Shown here piece after piece: positions 19,015 to 29,499 of a DNA stretch of 64,000 bases. Source of the stretch: an uncultured delta proteobacterium (GTDB lineage Bacteria > Myxococcota_A > Polyangia > Polyangiales > Polyangiaceae). How positions within the stretch are numbered: position 1 is the first letter of the stretch; every line of letters begins with the position of its first letter. Position numbers and translations under genes: made by a program. The notes beneath the pieces were generated by a model. That model made no database searches, had not been told where the DNA came from, and saw nothing but the letters and a program-made list of their open reading frames with translations. The stretch lies in NCBI GenBank assembly GCA_963806225.1, contig CAWDXG010000004.1, forward strand, positions 3,424,001 through 3,488,000, written 5' to 3'.

Positions 19015-19566
19015 ATGTCTCGAGTCCGGTACTGGTGCACGGCTGTGCTGCTTTTGACCCTGGTCGCGGGCTGCCATTCGGCAGGGCTGTACGGCCACGC
19101 GCGCACCTACGCTCCGCTGTCGGACGAAGCGGAGGCCGCCCAGCACGCCAAGACCTACGACCCCGTGATGGCCCAGCGCATGCCCGACCAATGGAAGGGC
19201 AAGCCGGTCAGCGTGTTCGGCGTCGTCAAGCGTCGCAACCCCGGGCCGGGTGGAGCCGCCGATCTGACGCTCAGCGTGCGGACCCTTGAAACACGAAATC
19301 TGTGTTCCAACAGCTCCGAGGATAGCTGCCGCGTGACCGTGAGCGATCACGAGTACGCCGTCATCCACGCGCTGGTGAAGCTCGGCACGGACGACAACAT
19401 CGGCAAGAACAGCGTCGGCATCGGCTCGCTCGTCAGGGTGATCGGCGTGATCGGCGACGAGGTGGACGCGAGCGACGGCACGCCGGTGCTGCGCGCAACG
19501 TACTACCGCCACTGGCCGCGGGACTTCTACGTGACGACCGCGGATCGCGCGACCATGCGCCAGTAG
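19015..19566 (+). CDS. Lipoprotein of unknown function (possibly OB-fold/Slp-like)
   Basis: Lipobox LVAGC; GKPVSVFGVV and GSLVRVIG strands; YYRHWP motif. Confidence 0.6.
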   Translation: MSRVRYWCTAVLLLTLVAGCHSAGLYGHARTYAPLSDEAEAAQHAKTYDPVMAQRMPDQWKGKPVSVFGVVKRRNPGPGGAADLTLSVRTLETRNLCSNSSEDSCRVTVSDHEYAVIHALVKLGTDDNIGKNSVGIGSLVRVIGVIGDEVDASDGTPVLRATYYRHWPRDFYVTTADRATMRQ

Positions 19567-19579
19567 TCTCCGCGTCCGC

Positions 19580-20593
19580 CTACTTGATGCCCCAGCCGAT
19601 CTCGAAGTCGGCGTAGAAGCCGGAGCCTGCCTCGCGGCTTATCTCGTTCTTCGTGCCCTGCGGACACGGGGTCGACGATGAAGTGTAGTTGTAGTCGTAG
19701 CACTGCTCGACGACGGTCCCGCCGAAGGAACGCCCCAGCGCGACCTCGAATCCCAGACGCAATCCGCTCCGGTAGACCCACTCGAACGGGACGTTCACAC
19801 CCAGGAACGAGCCGTAGTCGCTGACATCCGTGCGCATGAACAGGATCCCCGGCGACAGCAGGAAGCCCTCGCTGCTGACCGCGGCGAACCCGGCGCTTCC
19901 GCCCCAGAGAATCGAGGGAGGCTTGCTGTTCTGTGGCTCGTAGGCCCCGCCCAGCGTGCCGCTCCCCGAGTAGTTGTCGGAGTTCTGACTGAGGAAGGTC
20001 AGGATACGAGCGGACAGACGCAGGCGGTCCACGACGAACACGCCCACCTCGGCTCCCGTCAGCAGGAAGTCGTCGAAGCGGTTCCCTTCCACCACGGCAC
20101 CCGCCATCGCGTCGAAGAACGGTGATCTGCTGGCCGCGTCGTGCGGAGGCCGCTTCGGCGGCGGCGGGGCCGGAGGTTCCGGCGCGTATCCGGGCGGATA
20201 GGCGTAGCCCGGGGGCGGATAGGCGTAGCCGGGCGGCGGGTAGCTGTAGCCCTTTGGCGGGTAGCCATACCCGGCTGGCGGGGCGGTGCGGGCTCCCGCG
20301 CGCGGCGGATACGGGTACGGATAGCCGGGCGGAGCCGGCGGTGGTGCACCGGGAGAGGGGGCCGCGGAACCGGTCGCTGGCGGAGCCGGCGGAGCCGGCG
20401 CGGGGGCAGCCGAACCCGATGCCGTCGCGGTGGCGGGCGGCGGGGCGGTGGCCGACGCCGGGGCGGTGGCGCTGCCGGGCGGCTGGCCAGGCGCGGGGGG
20501 CAGCGCGTCGCCCGGCTGTGCGAGCACGACTGCGGCGGGGGCCATCAGCGCCGCAGCCACCCCGGCCGCGAGCGCAAGTCTCGAGCTGAGCAT
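19580..20593 (-). CDS. Exported Pro/Tyr-rich protein with C-terminal beta-barrel-like domain
   Basis: Signal peptide, PPGYxY repeats, amphipathic strands ending ADFEIGWGIK. Confidence 0.6.
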   Translation of the reverse strand: MLSSRLALAAGVAAALMAPAAVVLAQPGDALPPAPGQPPGSATAPASATAPPPATATASGSAAPAPAPPAPPATGSAAPSPGAPPPAPPGYPYPYPPRAGARTAPPAGYGYPPKGYSYPPPGYAYPPPGYAYPPGYAPEPPAPPPPKRPPHDAASRSPFFDAMAGAVVEGNRFDDFLLTGAEVGVFVVDRLRLSARILTFLSQNSDNYSGSGTLGGAYEPQNSKPPSILWGGSAGFAAVSSEGFLLSPGILFMRTDVSDYGSFLGVNVPFEWVYRSGLRLGFEVALGRSFGGTVVEQCYDYNYTSSSTPCPQGTKNEISREAGSGFYADFEIGWGIK

Positions 20594-20675
20594 GATGGAG
20601 GCTCTCGTGGTCCGGCCGGCGCGTCAAGCCGCGGCCGGGCGCTTCCCGGCCCACATGTGCTAGGACCGCCCGCGT

Positions 20676-21698
20676 ATGGTGTGCATCGCTCCCCGGAGCC
20701 GCCGCGGAGGCCGTTTCCGCTCGGCTATCGCGCTGCCGCTGGCGCTGCTCGTGGCGACCGCGCTGCTCTCGGCCGCGACACGAGCACGGGCAACCGTGGT
20801 CGAGCGCGTCGTCGCGGTCATCGGCGAACGCGCCATTCTCCTCAGCGATCTGCGCGAGCGAGCGCGTCCTTTCATGGCCAAGATCTACGATCAGGTCCCG
20901 TCCGGAGCGCGGCGCAACGCGGCCCTCTCGCAGCTGTACAAGGCGCTGCTGCAGCGCATGATCGACGAGGAGCTCGAACAGCGGGCAGCGACCCGCGCCC
21001 ACATCGTCGTCTCCGCGGTGGAGGTCGACAAGGCGCTCGCCCGCATTGCCGCGCAGAACGGCATCTCCGTGGAGAAGCTCGTCCAGGAAGCCGAGGCGAG
21101 CGGTCTCACCGAGCCGCAATACCGGCGCGAGGTCAGGCACCAGGTGCTGGAAGCCAAGCTCCTGAACCTGCGGCTACAGGGGCGCATCCGCGTCACGCCG
21201 GAGGACGTGCGGACGGCCTACCGCCGCATTGTGGTCAACGAGCGCCGCAAACTGTCCTTCCGCGCGGCATGGATCAAGCTCAGCGCACCGCGCTCGCTGA
21301 GCGGACCGGCTCTGGAAGCCCGACGCGCGCTCGCAGACCACATCGCCCGCATGGCGCGGCAAGGTGCGGACTTCGCCACGCTCGCCCGGCGCTATTCGGA
21401 TGACGCCGCCACGCGAAAGACCGGCGGACTGCTCGGCGAGAAGAAACCCGGCCAGCTTCCCGCCGTCGTCGATCGCGTCGCGCTGGGGATGGAGGTCGGC
21501 GAGGTCTCGCCTCCACTGCGAGTGGGCGACGAGCTCGTCATCGTCAAGCTGGTGGAACGCGCCGACACGGATCTGCCCACGCTCGCGGACGCGCGCGACG
21601 AGCTGAGCGAGCGCGTCTATCTCGACAAGATGAACAAGGCGCGCCGACGCTGGCTCGACAGCCTTCGCAGGCGCACCCACGTCGAAGTGCGGCTGTAG
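20676..21698 (+). CDS. surA: SurA-like periplasmic chaperone / PpiC-type peptidyl-prolyl isomerase
   Basis: VVERVVAVIG..ILLSDL N-domain; GADFATLARRYSDD...GGLLG and GEVSPP rotamase motifs. Confidence 0.8.
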   Translation: MVCIAPRSRRGGRFRSAIALPLALLVATALLSAATRARATVVERVVAVIGERAILLSDLRERARPFMAKIYDQVPSGARRNAALSQLYKALLQRMIDEELEQRAATRAHIVVSAVEVDKALARIAAQNGISVEKLVQEAEASGLTEPQYRREVRHQVLEAKLLNLRLQGRIRVTPEDVRTAYRRIVVNERRKLSFRAAWIKLSAPRSLSGPALEARRALADHIARMARQGADFATLARRYSDDAATRKTGGLLGEKKPGQLPAVVDRVALGMEVGEVSPPLRVGDELVIVKLVERADTDLPTLADARDELSERVYLDKMNKARRRWLDSLRRRTHVEVRL

Positions 21699-21731
21699 GT
21701 TTTCCGGCTCTGGTCGGGACGCGACGCCGGC

Positions 21732-24389
21732 TCAGCGCGTGCCGCAGATCGCGGAATACACGTCGCTCTTCGACGTGCCGCTCGCGACCAGGCGCTTGGC
21801 GGCCGCAAGCTCGGCATCCACCGCGCTCTCGAACTTCGACAGCGGCTGCGCGCCCGTCAGCTCGCGGCCGTTGATGAAGAAGCTGGGAGTACCGGTGACG
21901 CCGAAGCCCTGACCCTCGCGCATGTCGTCATCGATGGCGGCCCGGTGGCTGGCATCGCGCACGGCATCGAGTAGCGGGGACGGGTCGAGACCGGCGCCGC
22001 GGGCGATGCGCGTCAGGCTGGAATCATCGAGCGAAGGCTGCGCGGCGAACAGCGCGTCGTGAACGCGCCAGAACGCGCTCGAACCGCCCCTGGCCATCGC
22101 TTCCATCGCAAAGTTCGCGGCAGGCCGCGCGCGAGCGTGGAACTGCAGCGGGAAGTTCTTCCACACCAGCCTCACTTCCCCTCCGTAGCGGCGCCTGAGC
22201 GTGTCGAGGGTCGGCTGCACGCGTTTGCAGAACGGGCACTGGAAGTCAGAGTACTCGATGATGGTGACGAGCGCGTCCGACGGGCCGCGCACCGGCGAAC
22301 CCGCCACCGGGGGGCATCGCCGCTCGGGCGCGGCGGGACCGAGATCGACGAGGTTCTTGCGGACGCGGTCGGCGTACAGGTCCTCGGCCGCCTCTCCAGT
22401 GGCGGCCAGCGCGCGCGCTTGCGACAGCTCACGCTCTACCACCCGCGAAAGCGCCGCGAACGGCTGGTAGCCCTCCACGCGCAGCCCATTGACGAAGAAA
22501 GTGGGGGTCGCGCGGATGTTGTAGCGGCCCGCCAGCTGCAGCGCGCGGTCGACCCGCGCCGCGTAGCGCGGCTCCGAAAGCCACGCCTTCACACGGCTGC
22601 CCTCGCCGCCGGCGTCGGAAACCCAACGCGAAAGGTGCGGGCTTGTCGAGGACTGGCTGCTCGCCGCCGCCTGCGACGCGAACTTCCAGAATGCAGCGTC
22701 GCCGCTCGTCTCCTCGAGCGCGACGGCGACTTCAGCGGCATCGCGCGCGTGCGGATGGACGGTGAGCGGGCGGTTCTTCCACACCAGCCGGAGGTCGCCG
22801 CTGAAGCGCGTTTCGAGTCGCCGCAGCACATCCAGCGATCGGCGAGTATAGGGGCAGTCGAGATCGCCGAAGACCAGCAGCGTGACGGGCGCGTCCGGCT
22901 TGCCCCACACCGGGTCGTCGCGGTCGACGGGCAACGGCACGCCTACCGCGGAGCTTCGATGCACGGCGCGACCGCTCGGCACGAGAGCCGGCGCCGGCAA
23001 CGTGCGGGTGGCAACGCCGCCATCGGTGGCGCCCGGAGGCGTCGCCGTGCCCGGCGTCGGAACGCCCGGCACCGGCACAGGCATGGGACCAGGAGGCGCC
23101 GCGATCGGCGGCGGCGAGACGGTCGCAACTGCGGTCGCCGAGCGGGACGACAGCGCGTACCAGAACCCGGCGCCCACCCCGCCGACCATCAGCAGCAGAC
23201 CGCCGACGACGGCCAGCGCGACGGCCCACGTGGCGCCCGCGCTGCGGCGGGAAGCAGGCGGCGGCGGAACCGGCTGCGCGGGCCCGCGATGGCCCGCGCC
23301 GCGGGCGACGATGCCGGCCTCGCAATCGGGCGGGGGCCCGGCGGGTGCTGCGCCCCGGCGCTCTGCGGCTGCCTCCACGTCGGGCCCGGACGCGCGCGGT
23401 TCCTGCTCTGCCGGCGGCTCCGCGACGCCCTGCTCGGCGTCGGGCACCGCTTCTAGCTCCGCGCCGCCGCTCTGCTCCGCGTCCGGCAGCGAGAGCTCCT
23501 CCGGCGAAGTGGGCTCCGCCGGCGGCGACTCCGGCGCGCCGGCATCGGGCGAAGCGCCCGCGTCGGGGAGCGCACCGGGTTCCGAGAGAGCCGCCTCGAG
23601 GCGCAGCGCCCACAGCTCGACGTCGCGCGGACGCGCTCCCACCGACGGCGCCATCGCCCCGGCGATGCAGCTCTCGAGCGCGTCGCCCACCTCGAGCCCC
23701 AACGCCCGCGGCGTCGGTGCGTCCAGGTGCGCCGGCGCCGCATGCGCAGCACAGAGCTCGCTGGCCAGCACGCCCAGCGCGTACACATCCGCCCACGTCT
23801 CGGCGCGCGCCGGCATGGCCCCGCGCTGCTCGGGCGCGCGGTACACCACCGGCAGCGCGTCACGAGCCAGGGTGGGCCCGCCCAGCGACTGCGCGAGCTG
23901 CGCCACGCCGAAGCCCTCGAGCGACACACCGTCGTCGGTGAGCGCGATCAACTCCGGGCGGAGATAGGCGTGCGCGACGCCCTGCTCGTGCAGCGGCGAC
24001 AGTGCCCGGGCGATCTGCGAGACAAGCCGGGCAATCTCGTCCGGGCCCAGACGCTCGCCGCGGATCACGTCCTCGAGCGTGCGGCTATCAGCGGCGGCGT
24101 AGGCCACCGCCACCTGGCGCGCGCGCGAGCTCGCACCGCTGCCCGCCGCTCCGACCAGACCCGCGCCGAGCGAGCGCGCGATGCCGCCGCAGCCGATGGC
24201 GTAGCGGGACACCCGCTCCAGCACCCGCTCGGGGTCCTCGCCCGCCGCCACGTTGCCGAGCAACACGAGGCGCGCCGGCTCGCCACTCTGCTCGTCGACG
24301 GCGTCGTAGACCCCCGCGCCGCCTGGACGTCCTCGCTCACGAATGACGCGGAAACGTCCGAGCAACTGCGTTCCGGTGGCGACTCCCAT
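21732..24389 (-). CDS. Pseudokinase-TM-double DsbA/thioredoxin fusion protein
   Basis: Degenerate kinase domain (HAYLRPEL, GFG, YRAPEQ, ADVYALG), acidic linker and a TM helix. DsbA domain 1 has DCPYT; DsbA domain 2 has QCPFC and GTPSFFING. Confidence 0.8.
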   Translation of the reverse strand: MGVATGTQLLGRFRVIRERGRPGGAGVYDAVDEQSGEPARLVLLGNVAAGEDPERVLERVSRYAIGCGGIARSLGAGLVGAAGSGASSRARQVAVAYAAADSRTLEDVIRGERLGPDEIARLVSQIARALSPLHEQGVAHAYLRPELIALTDDGVSLEGFGVAQLAQSLGGPTLARDALPVVYRAPEQRGAMPARAETWADVYALGVLASELCAAHAAPAHLDAPTPRALGLEVGDALESCIAGAMAPSVGARPRDVELWALRLEAALSEPGALPDAGASPDAGAPESPPAEPTSPEELSLPDAEQSGGAELEAVPDAEQGVAEPPAEQEPRASGPDVEAAAERRGAAPAGPPPDCEAGIVARGAGHRGPAQPVPPPPASRRSAGATWAVALAVVGGLLLMVGGVGAGFWYALSSRSATAVATVSPPPIAAPPGPMPVPVPGVPTPGTATPPGATDGGVATRTLPAPALVPSGRAVHRSSAVGVPLPVDRDDPVWGKPDAPVTLLVFGDLDCPYTRRSLDVLRRLETRFSGDLRLVWKNRPLTVHPHARDAAEVAVALEETSGDAAFWKFASQAAASSQSSTSPHLSRWVSDAGGEGSRVKAWLSEPRYAARVDRALQLAGRYNIRATPTFFVNGLRVEGYQPFAALSRVVERELSQARALAATGEAAEDLYADRVRKNLVDLGPAAPERRCPPVAGSPVRGPSDALVTIIEYSDFQCPFCKRVQPTLDTLRRRYGGEVRLVWKNFPLQFHARARPAANFAMEAMARGGSSAFWRVHDALFAAQPSLDDSSLTRIARGAGLDPSPLLDAVRDASHRAAIDDDMREGQGFGVTGTPSFFINGRELTGAQPLSKFESAVDAELAAAKRLVASGTSKSDVYSAICGTR

Positions 24390-24668
24390 CGATATCCACG
24401 CGGTCCGGGCGGCGTCGGCGGACCACGCTGGGTGGTCTACCAGGCCGCTGACACTTTGGCAGCTCGAAGCGGCCAACCGACAGCTTGGCGCTGGCGGAAG
24501 CGGCCGCGCTGGCAACGACCGCCCGGACGCCCGGCGTGGATCGACGCGGGACCGACCCTTTCCCGGGCCGCAAATCTGCAAAATCGCCCGCCGATTGGCG
24601 GAACACGCCGCGGAGCAGCCGGGAGCGCGGGGGTAACCCAGCGGAAGGATGCCCGACCATTTGCGCCG

Positions 24669-24684
24669 TGGCACGCTGTATGCT
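24669..24684 (+). promoter_or_regulatory. Candidate sigma-54 (-24/-12) promoter
   Basis: TGGCACGCTGTATGCT matches TGGCACG-N4-TTGC(A/T) with one mismatch and correct GG-N10-GC spacing, just upstream of the 24700 gene. Confidence 0.5.
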
Positions 24685-24699
24685 CAAAGGACGCCCGCG

Positions 24700-25929
24700 A
24701 TGTCGCTTACTCTCCCGCGCCGCTTCTTGTTCCCGCTCTCTGGCTCTGCCGCCGCGCTGGCCGTGCTGCTGGGCGCCGGACCAGCCGCCGCGCAACAGAT
24801 CACCATCGGGACCGGCGTCAAACGCAGCACTCCCGTACGCGGCGGCACCTACCACCCGAATTGGATCAACCACTCGGACTGCGTCGCAGACGGGACGATC
24901 ACGTTTCCGGTCAGCATGCCGAGCCCCGCCTATAGCAACGACACGCTCGAGATCTGGGTGGGCTCCAACGTGGACTGCAGCGTCTACGACAACCGCAAGG
25001 GCGCGTCGCCGACCTGCTGGAACGTGTACGCCGCGACGCCCTCTTCCGGCACTGCGTTCTCCGCGAAGGTCCGGATGCAGGACATCGCCGGGCAGCACAA
25101 GTACACCGACACTGCCAGTGGTCCCGGCAGCGGCATACCGGCGGACTGCGAGAACCAGTCGAACTCGAGTCCTCTCGACGCCACCCTCTACTTCATGCTG
25201 GTGGACGGCAGCGGGCAGATCGACGCGACCACGCAGTTCGGCACGTACAAGGACCTGAAGCTCGACCTGCGCGGCCCCGACGCTCCAACCGGCATCAAGA
25301 CAGGCATCGCCGAGAATCAGGTCAAGGTGAGCTGGACAGCACCTTCATCACCCGCCGACCTGGTCGGGTATCACCTCTTCTGTTTCCCGAAGCCCGGAGC
25401 AGCCAGCACCTCGCAGCCACTGGAAGCGGGTACCGACGCGGCCCTGGATGCGGCTGGCGGTGGAAGCGGCGGTGCCGACGCCGCAACCGGCACGGGCGGC
25501 AGCGGAGGAACCAGCGGCGCCGGCGGGAGCGCGACCAGCGACGCGGGCAGCGACGCAGCTGCCGGCAATCCCGACTGCCCGTCGCCTGCGCTCTTGCCCG
25601 GGGCAGTGCCGGATCCAGCCTACCTCTGCGGCGACGTGCACGGCGTGACGAGCACCAGCGCCTACGCCAAGGGGCTAACCAATTTCACCAAGTACGCAGT
25701 AGCGGTCGCCGGATACGACGGCGTGCAGAACGACGGCCCGCTCTCGACGATAGAGTGCGGCACACCGCAACCGGTGAACGACTTCTGGGACGAATACACC
25801 CAGGCCGGCGGCAAGGGCGGCGGCGGCTTCTGCGGCATTGCCGACAAGCCGGCGCCCGGAGCGGGCGGCGCGTTCCTGCTGGCGCTGTTCGCCGGCCTCC
25901 TGCGGCGACGACGGAGGCAGCGAAGTTGA
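24700..25929 (+). CDS. Secreted FN3-like, Cys-containing protein with MYXO-CTERM-like anchor (MXAN_2561-like)
   Basis: Signal peptide; PDAPTG...VKVSWTAP and YAVAVAGYD FN3-like strands; C-terminal GGGFC-x-TM-RRRRR sorting signal. Family name is recalled, not searched. Confidence 0.7.
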   Translation: MSLTLPRRFLFPLSGSAAALAVLLGAGPAAAQQITIGTGVKRSTPVRGGTYHPNWINHSDCVADGTITFPVSMPSPAYSNDTLEIWVGSNVDCSVYDNRKGASPTCWNVYAATPSSGTAFSAKVRMQDIAGQHKYTDTASGPGSGIPADCENQSNSSPLDATLYFMLVDGSGQIDATTQFGTYKDLKLDLRGPDAPTGIKTGIAENQVKVSWTAPSSPADLVGYHLFCFPKPGAASTSQPLEAGTDAALDAAGGGSGGADAATGTGGSGGTSGAGGSATSDAGSDAAAGNPDCPSPALLPGAVPDPAYLCGDVHGVTSTSAYAKGLTNFTKYAVAVAGYDGVQNDGPLSTIECGTPQPVNDFWDEYTQAGGKGGGGFCGIADKPAPGAGGAFLLALFAGLLRRRRRQRS

Positions 25930-26690
25930 AGTTGGTAAGTGCGGCCGCCTGTGCGGCCCTGATGCTGGCAGCGTCCACGGCGCTGGCCCAGGGAGTGGAC
26001 GAGTTCGGGCCGTACGGCGGGGCGGGCGCGGATGCCTTCGAGTCCCCGCAGCATTTCGCGTTGGAACTGCGCTTCGGGCCCTACCGTCCGCGCGTGGACA
26101 ACTCGTTCAACGGCTCGGCCGCGCCGTACCAGGACATCTTCGGGTCGAAGAAGCGCTACCTGGTCGGCCTCGAGCTCGACTGGCAGGCGCTCAGGATCCC
26201 CATGGTCGGGACGCTCGGCCCCGGTCTCGGCTGGGGCTACACGACGGCATCGGGTCAAGCGCTGCTCACCGACGGCTGCGGGGGGCGCGCCGCGCAGGAC
26301 ACGTCGCTGGCGGTGATGCCGATGTACCTGGTGGGCGTGTTCCGGGTGGACGTGCTGGCACGCAGGACCCCCGTTCCGCTGGTCGCCTACGCGAAGGCCG
26401 GTCTCGGCTACGCCCTGTGGTGGTCCAACAGCGGCGGGAACACCTCCCACGCCGCCGACGGCCGCGTCGCACGGGACGCCTCCTACGGCTACCAGTTCGC
26501 GCTGGGCGGCATGTTCCTGCTCGACTCGATCGACCGCGACGCGGCCCGGGAGATGGACAACGCCACCGGCGTGAACAACTCCTACTTCTTCATGGAGTGG
26601 TACTACTCGAGCCTCGACGGCTTCGGCTCCGGCAAGCAGATGCAGGTCGGCGCCAACACCTGGATGCTCGGCCTCGCATTCGAGTTCTAG
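25926..26690 (+). CDS. Outer-membrane beta-barrel protein (MXAN_2562-like)
   Basis: TTG start overlapping the upstream stop, signal peptide, ESPQHFALELRFGPYRP, amphipathic strands and a C-terminal GLAFEF beta-signal. Confidence 0.7.
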   Translation: MKLVSAAACAALMLAASTALAQGVDEFGPYGGAGADAFESPQHFALELRFGPYRPRVDNSFNGSAAPYQDIFGSKKRYLVGLELDWQALRIPMVGTLGPGLGWGYTTASGQALLTDGCGGRAAQDTSLAVMPMYLVGVFRVDVLARRTPVPLVAYAKAGLGYALWWSNSGGNTSHAADGRVARDASYGYQFALGGMFLLDSIDRDAAREMDNATGVNNSYFFMEWYYSSLDGFGSGKQMQVGANTWMLGLAFEF

Positions 26691-26742
26691 TCGATCGCAA
26701 CACGCCTCGCTCGGCGCGGGCTCGCTATCGCTCGCCGGCGGC

Positions 26743-27481
26743 TCAGCGCGCTCGGAGCAGGCGATCGATGTGCTTCTTTTCCCAGGCGATCGCGCGCTCG
26801 TAGTGGCGGAACTCGCGCTCGCGCCGCAGGAACTCGGGGGTGTGCAGAAGCGTCCGCCCGCCCACGCGTACAGCCGGAATCACGTGGTGCAGAAGCTCGT
26901 GATAGACGATGTAGCTCACGAAGTAGCGGGGCACCCACTCGTTGTCGAGGCTCGGGTGCACCCGGACCAGTCGCTCGACGGCGCTGTAGCTGCCGAGCTT
27001 GATGGTCCGGCGCTTGTTGCCGCGCGGCCGGGTTCGGCGTCCCCAGGTGATGAGCACGTCCGTCACGTTCGAGCCGAAGTGCGACTCGTTCACGCGGCTC
27101 AGCACGTCGTATAGGTCGTGGACGCGCCCCTTGGTGCGGAGCGGCCCCGGGACCTGCCGCGACGCGCGGATGCGGAAGCTGTTCGCCTCGATGTACTCGC
27201 CGATGCGTCTGCGATGCCTGGCGGTCGGCGTGGACCACGTAGCGCACCAGGGCGTCCAGCACGCGGCCGGGAGCGTCGAGGAACATCATGTGCACGCGGA
27301 CCCGGAGCTTGCCGCGCACCCGCGTGTGGCTAACCATGCGGTGCCGGTTGTCCGTCACCGCGAGCTGCACCGCCCCGGAGAACGCGAGCTCGAAGCGGCG
27401 CTCGAGTGCCTGGCGCGCTCCTTCGTGGATGAAAATCTGCGGCCCGATCGCGATGCTCGCGAACTGCAGCGGCAGCTGCAT
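26743..27481 (-). CDS. SprT-like / M48-type zinc metalloprotease (apparent frameshift near 27210)
   Basis: ITWG...TIKLGSY...VRVHPSLD...VPRYFVSYIVYHELLH...HTPEF. The N-terminal half (VTDNRHRMVS, RVHMMFLDAP) is in another frame. Start uncertain. Confidence 0.7.
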
Positions 27482-27673
27482 CAGGCGCGGATCGGGGATA
27501 CGGACGGCAGCGGAAGCGATGCGCGGTGCGGACTTCCCCGGTGGGTTGCGGCGGCCAGATTTTCCGGCCCGCGCCGCCAACCAGGGGAATGTCACTTGAG
27601 GCCGCATCGAACGTGTCTCTCGGGACTATGGGACGGGATCCAGCGCGTCAAGGAACCCCCAGGAGCGCCTATG

Positions 27674-27876
27674 ATTTCCACAGCTTACGCGACAGGCCAA
27701 AGGTGGATTCCAGGACCTGCCCAAGTCCGCGTTCCGGCTTGGATTTCAGGTGCCGCGAGAGGTTTTAGCGGGCGGAAGTGGGGGTGGTTGTCCCCAGGTT
27801 GAGCCCAGATCCGGCCCGTCAGCACGTCCAGGACACACCGAGGTCAACCACAGGTTATGCACAGGTTATCCACAGG
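27674..27876 (+). promoter_or_regulatory. Cluster of DnaA-box-like 9-mers
   Basis: TTATCCACA (27866) and TTATGCACA (27855) are consensus matches. TCAACCACA (27844), TTGTCCCCA (27788) and ATTTCCACA (27674) are degenerate. All are in the same orientation. Confidence 0.6.
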
Positions 27877-27921
27877 CCCGCGCACAAGAGCGCATCCACG
27901 CCACGGCGGTCGCCTGCGGGC

Positions 27922-29043
<1,122 letters not shown>

Positions 29044-29122
29044 TGCTCCGCCTCTCCTGCGACTCGTCGCTAGCCTGGACCTACCGTTCGTTCAACGGTG
29101 TGCCAGCCAGCGCTGGAGAGGG

Positions 29123-29151
29123 AAAGTACTGTGCGGCTGTTCAGATGTCAA
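29123..29151 (-). promoter_or_regulatory. sigma-70 promoter of recA with an SOS/LexA-like box in the spacer
   Basis: On the minus strand: TTGACA (29151-29146), a 17-nt spacer, TACTTT (29128-29123). The spacer read on + is CTGTGCGGCTGTTCAG, which resembles both the Myxococcus LexA box (CTR...GTTCAG) and CTGT-N8-ACAG. Confidence 0.75.
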
Positions 29152-29222
29152 ATCCGGAGGGGACGTAATCTGACACAGCGAAACCCGCGGCTCTATCCAC
29201 GGGTTTCCGGGCGGGCGGGACG

Positions 29223-29432
29223 CTAGTTGAGGCTGTTGCCGCCAGCCAACTCCTGCACCACCGCCAGCTCCTCGAGCAGCGAGCGCAGTTCTTCCTGCAC
29301 CCAGCGCTGCAGCGTCTCGGCGGTGAGCTCGACAGCGCTATCGGCGCGGGCGGCGCGGGCGCGCAGTCGCTTCTCCAGCGAGGTCTGCAAGGCCTCGGCG
29401 TCGATCTCCACCACCTGGACTCCGGGTTCCAT
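29223..29432 (-). CDS. Small hypothetical helical protein
   Basis: 69-aa ORF with GC-rich third positions, lying between the CNNM gene and recA on the same strand. Confidence 0.5.
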   Translation of the reverse strand: MEPGVQVVEIDAEALQTSLEKRLRARAARADSAVELTAETLQRWVQEELRSLLEELAVVQELAGGNSLN

Positions 29433-29499
29433 GACCCTACGAACATAACCACGGCGCTGCGTCTGGGAAGCCCTCGGAGCTTTCGCGCATCGAGCGACG

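Noticed and set aside
27610..27920. oriC
   Set aside because: DnaA boxes are present, but there is no AT-rich DUE and no dnaA, dnaN or gidA context. Kept only as a DnaA-box cluster.
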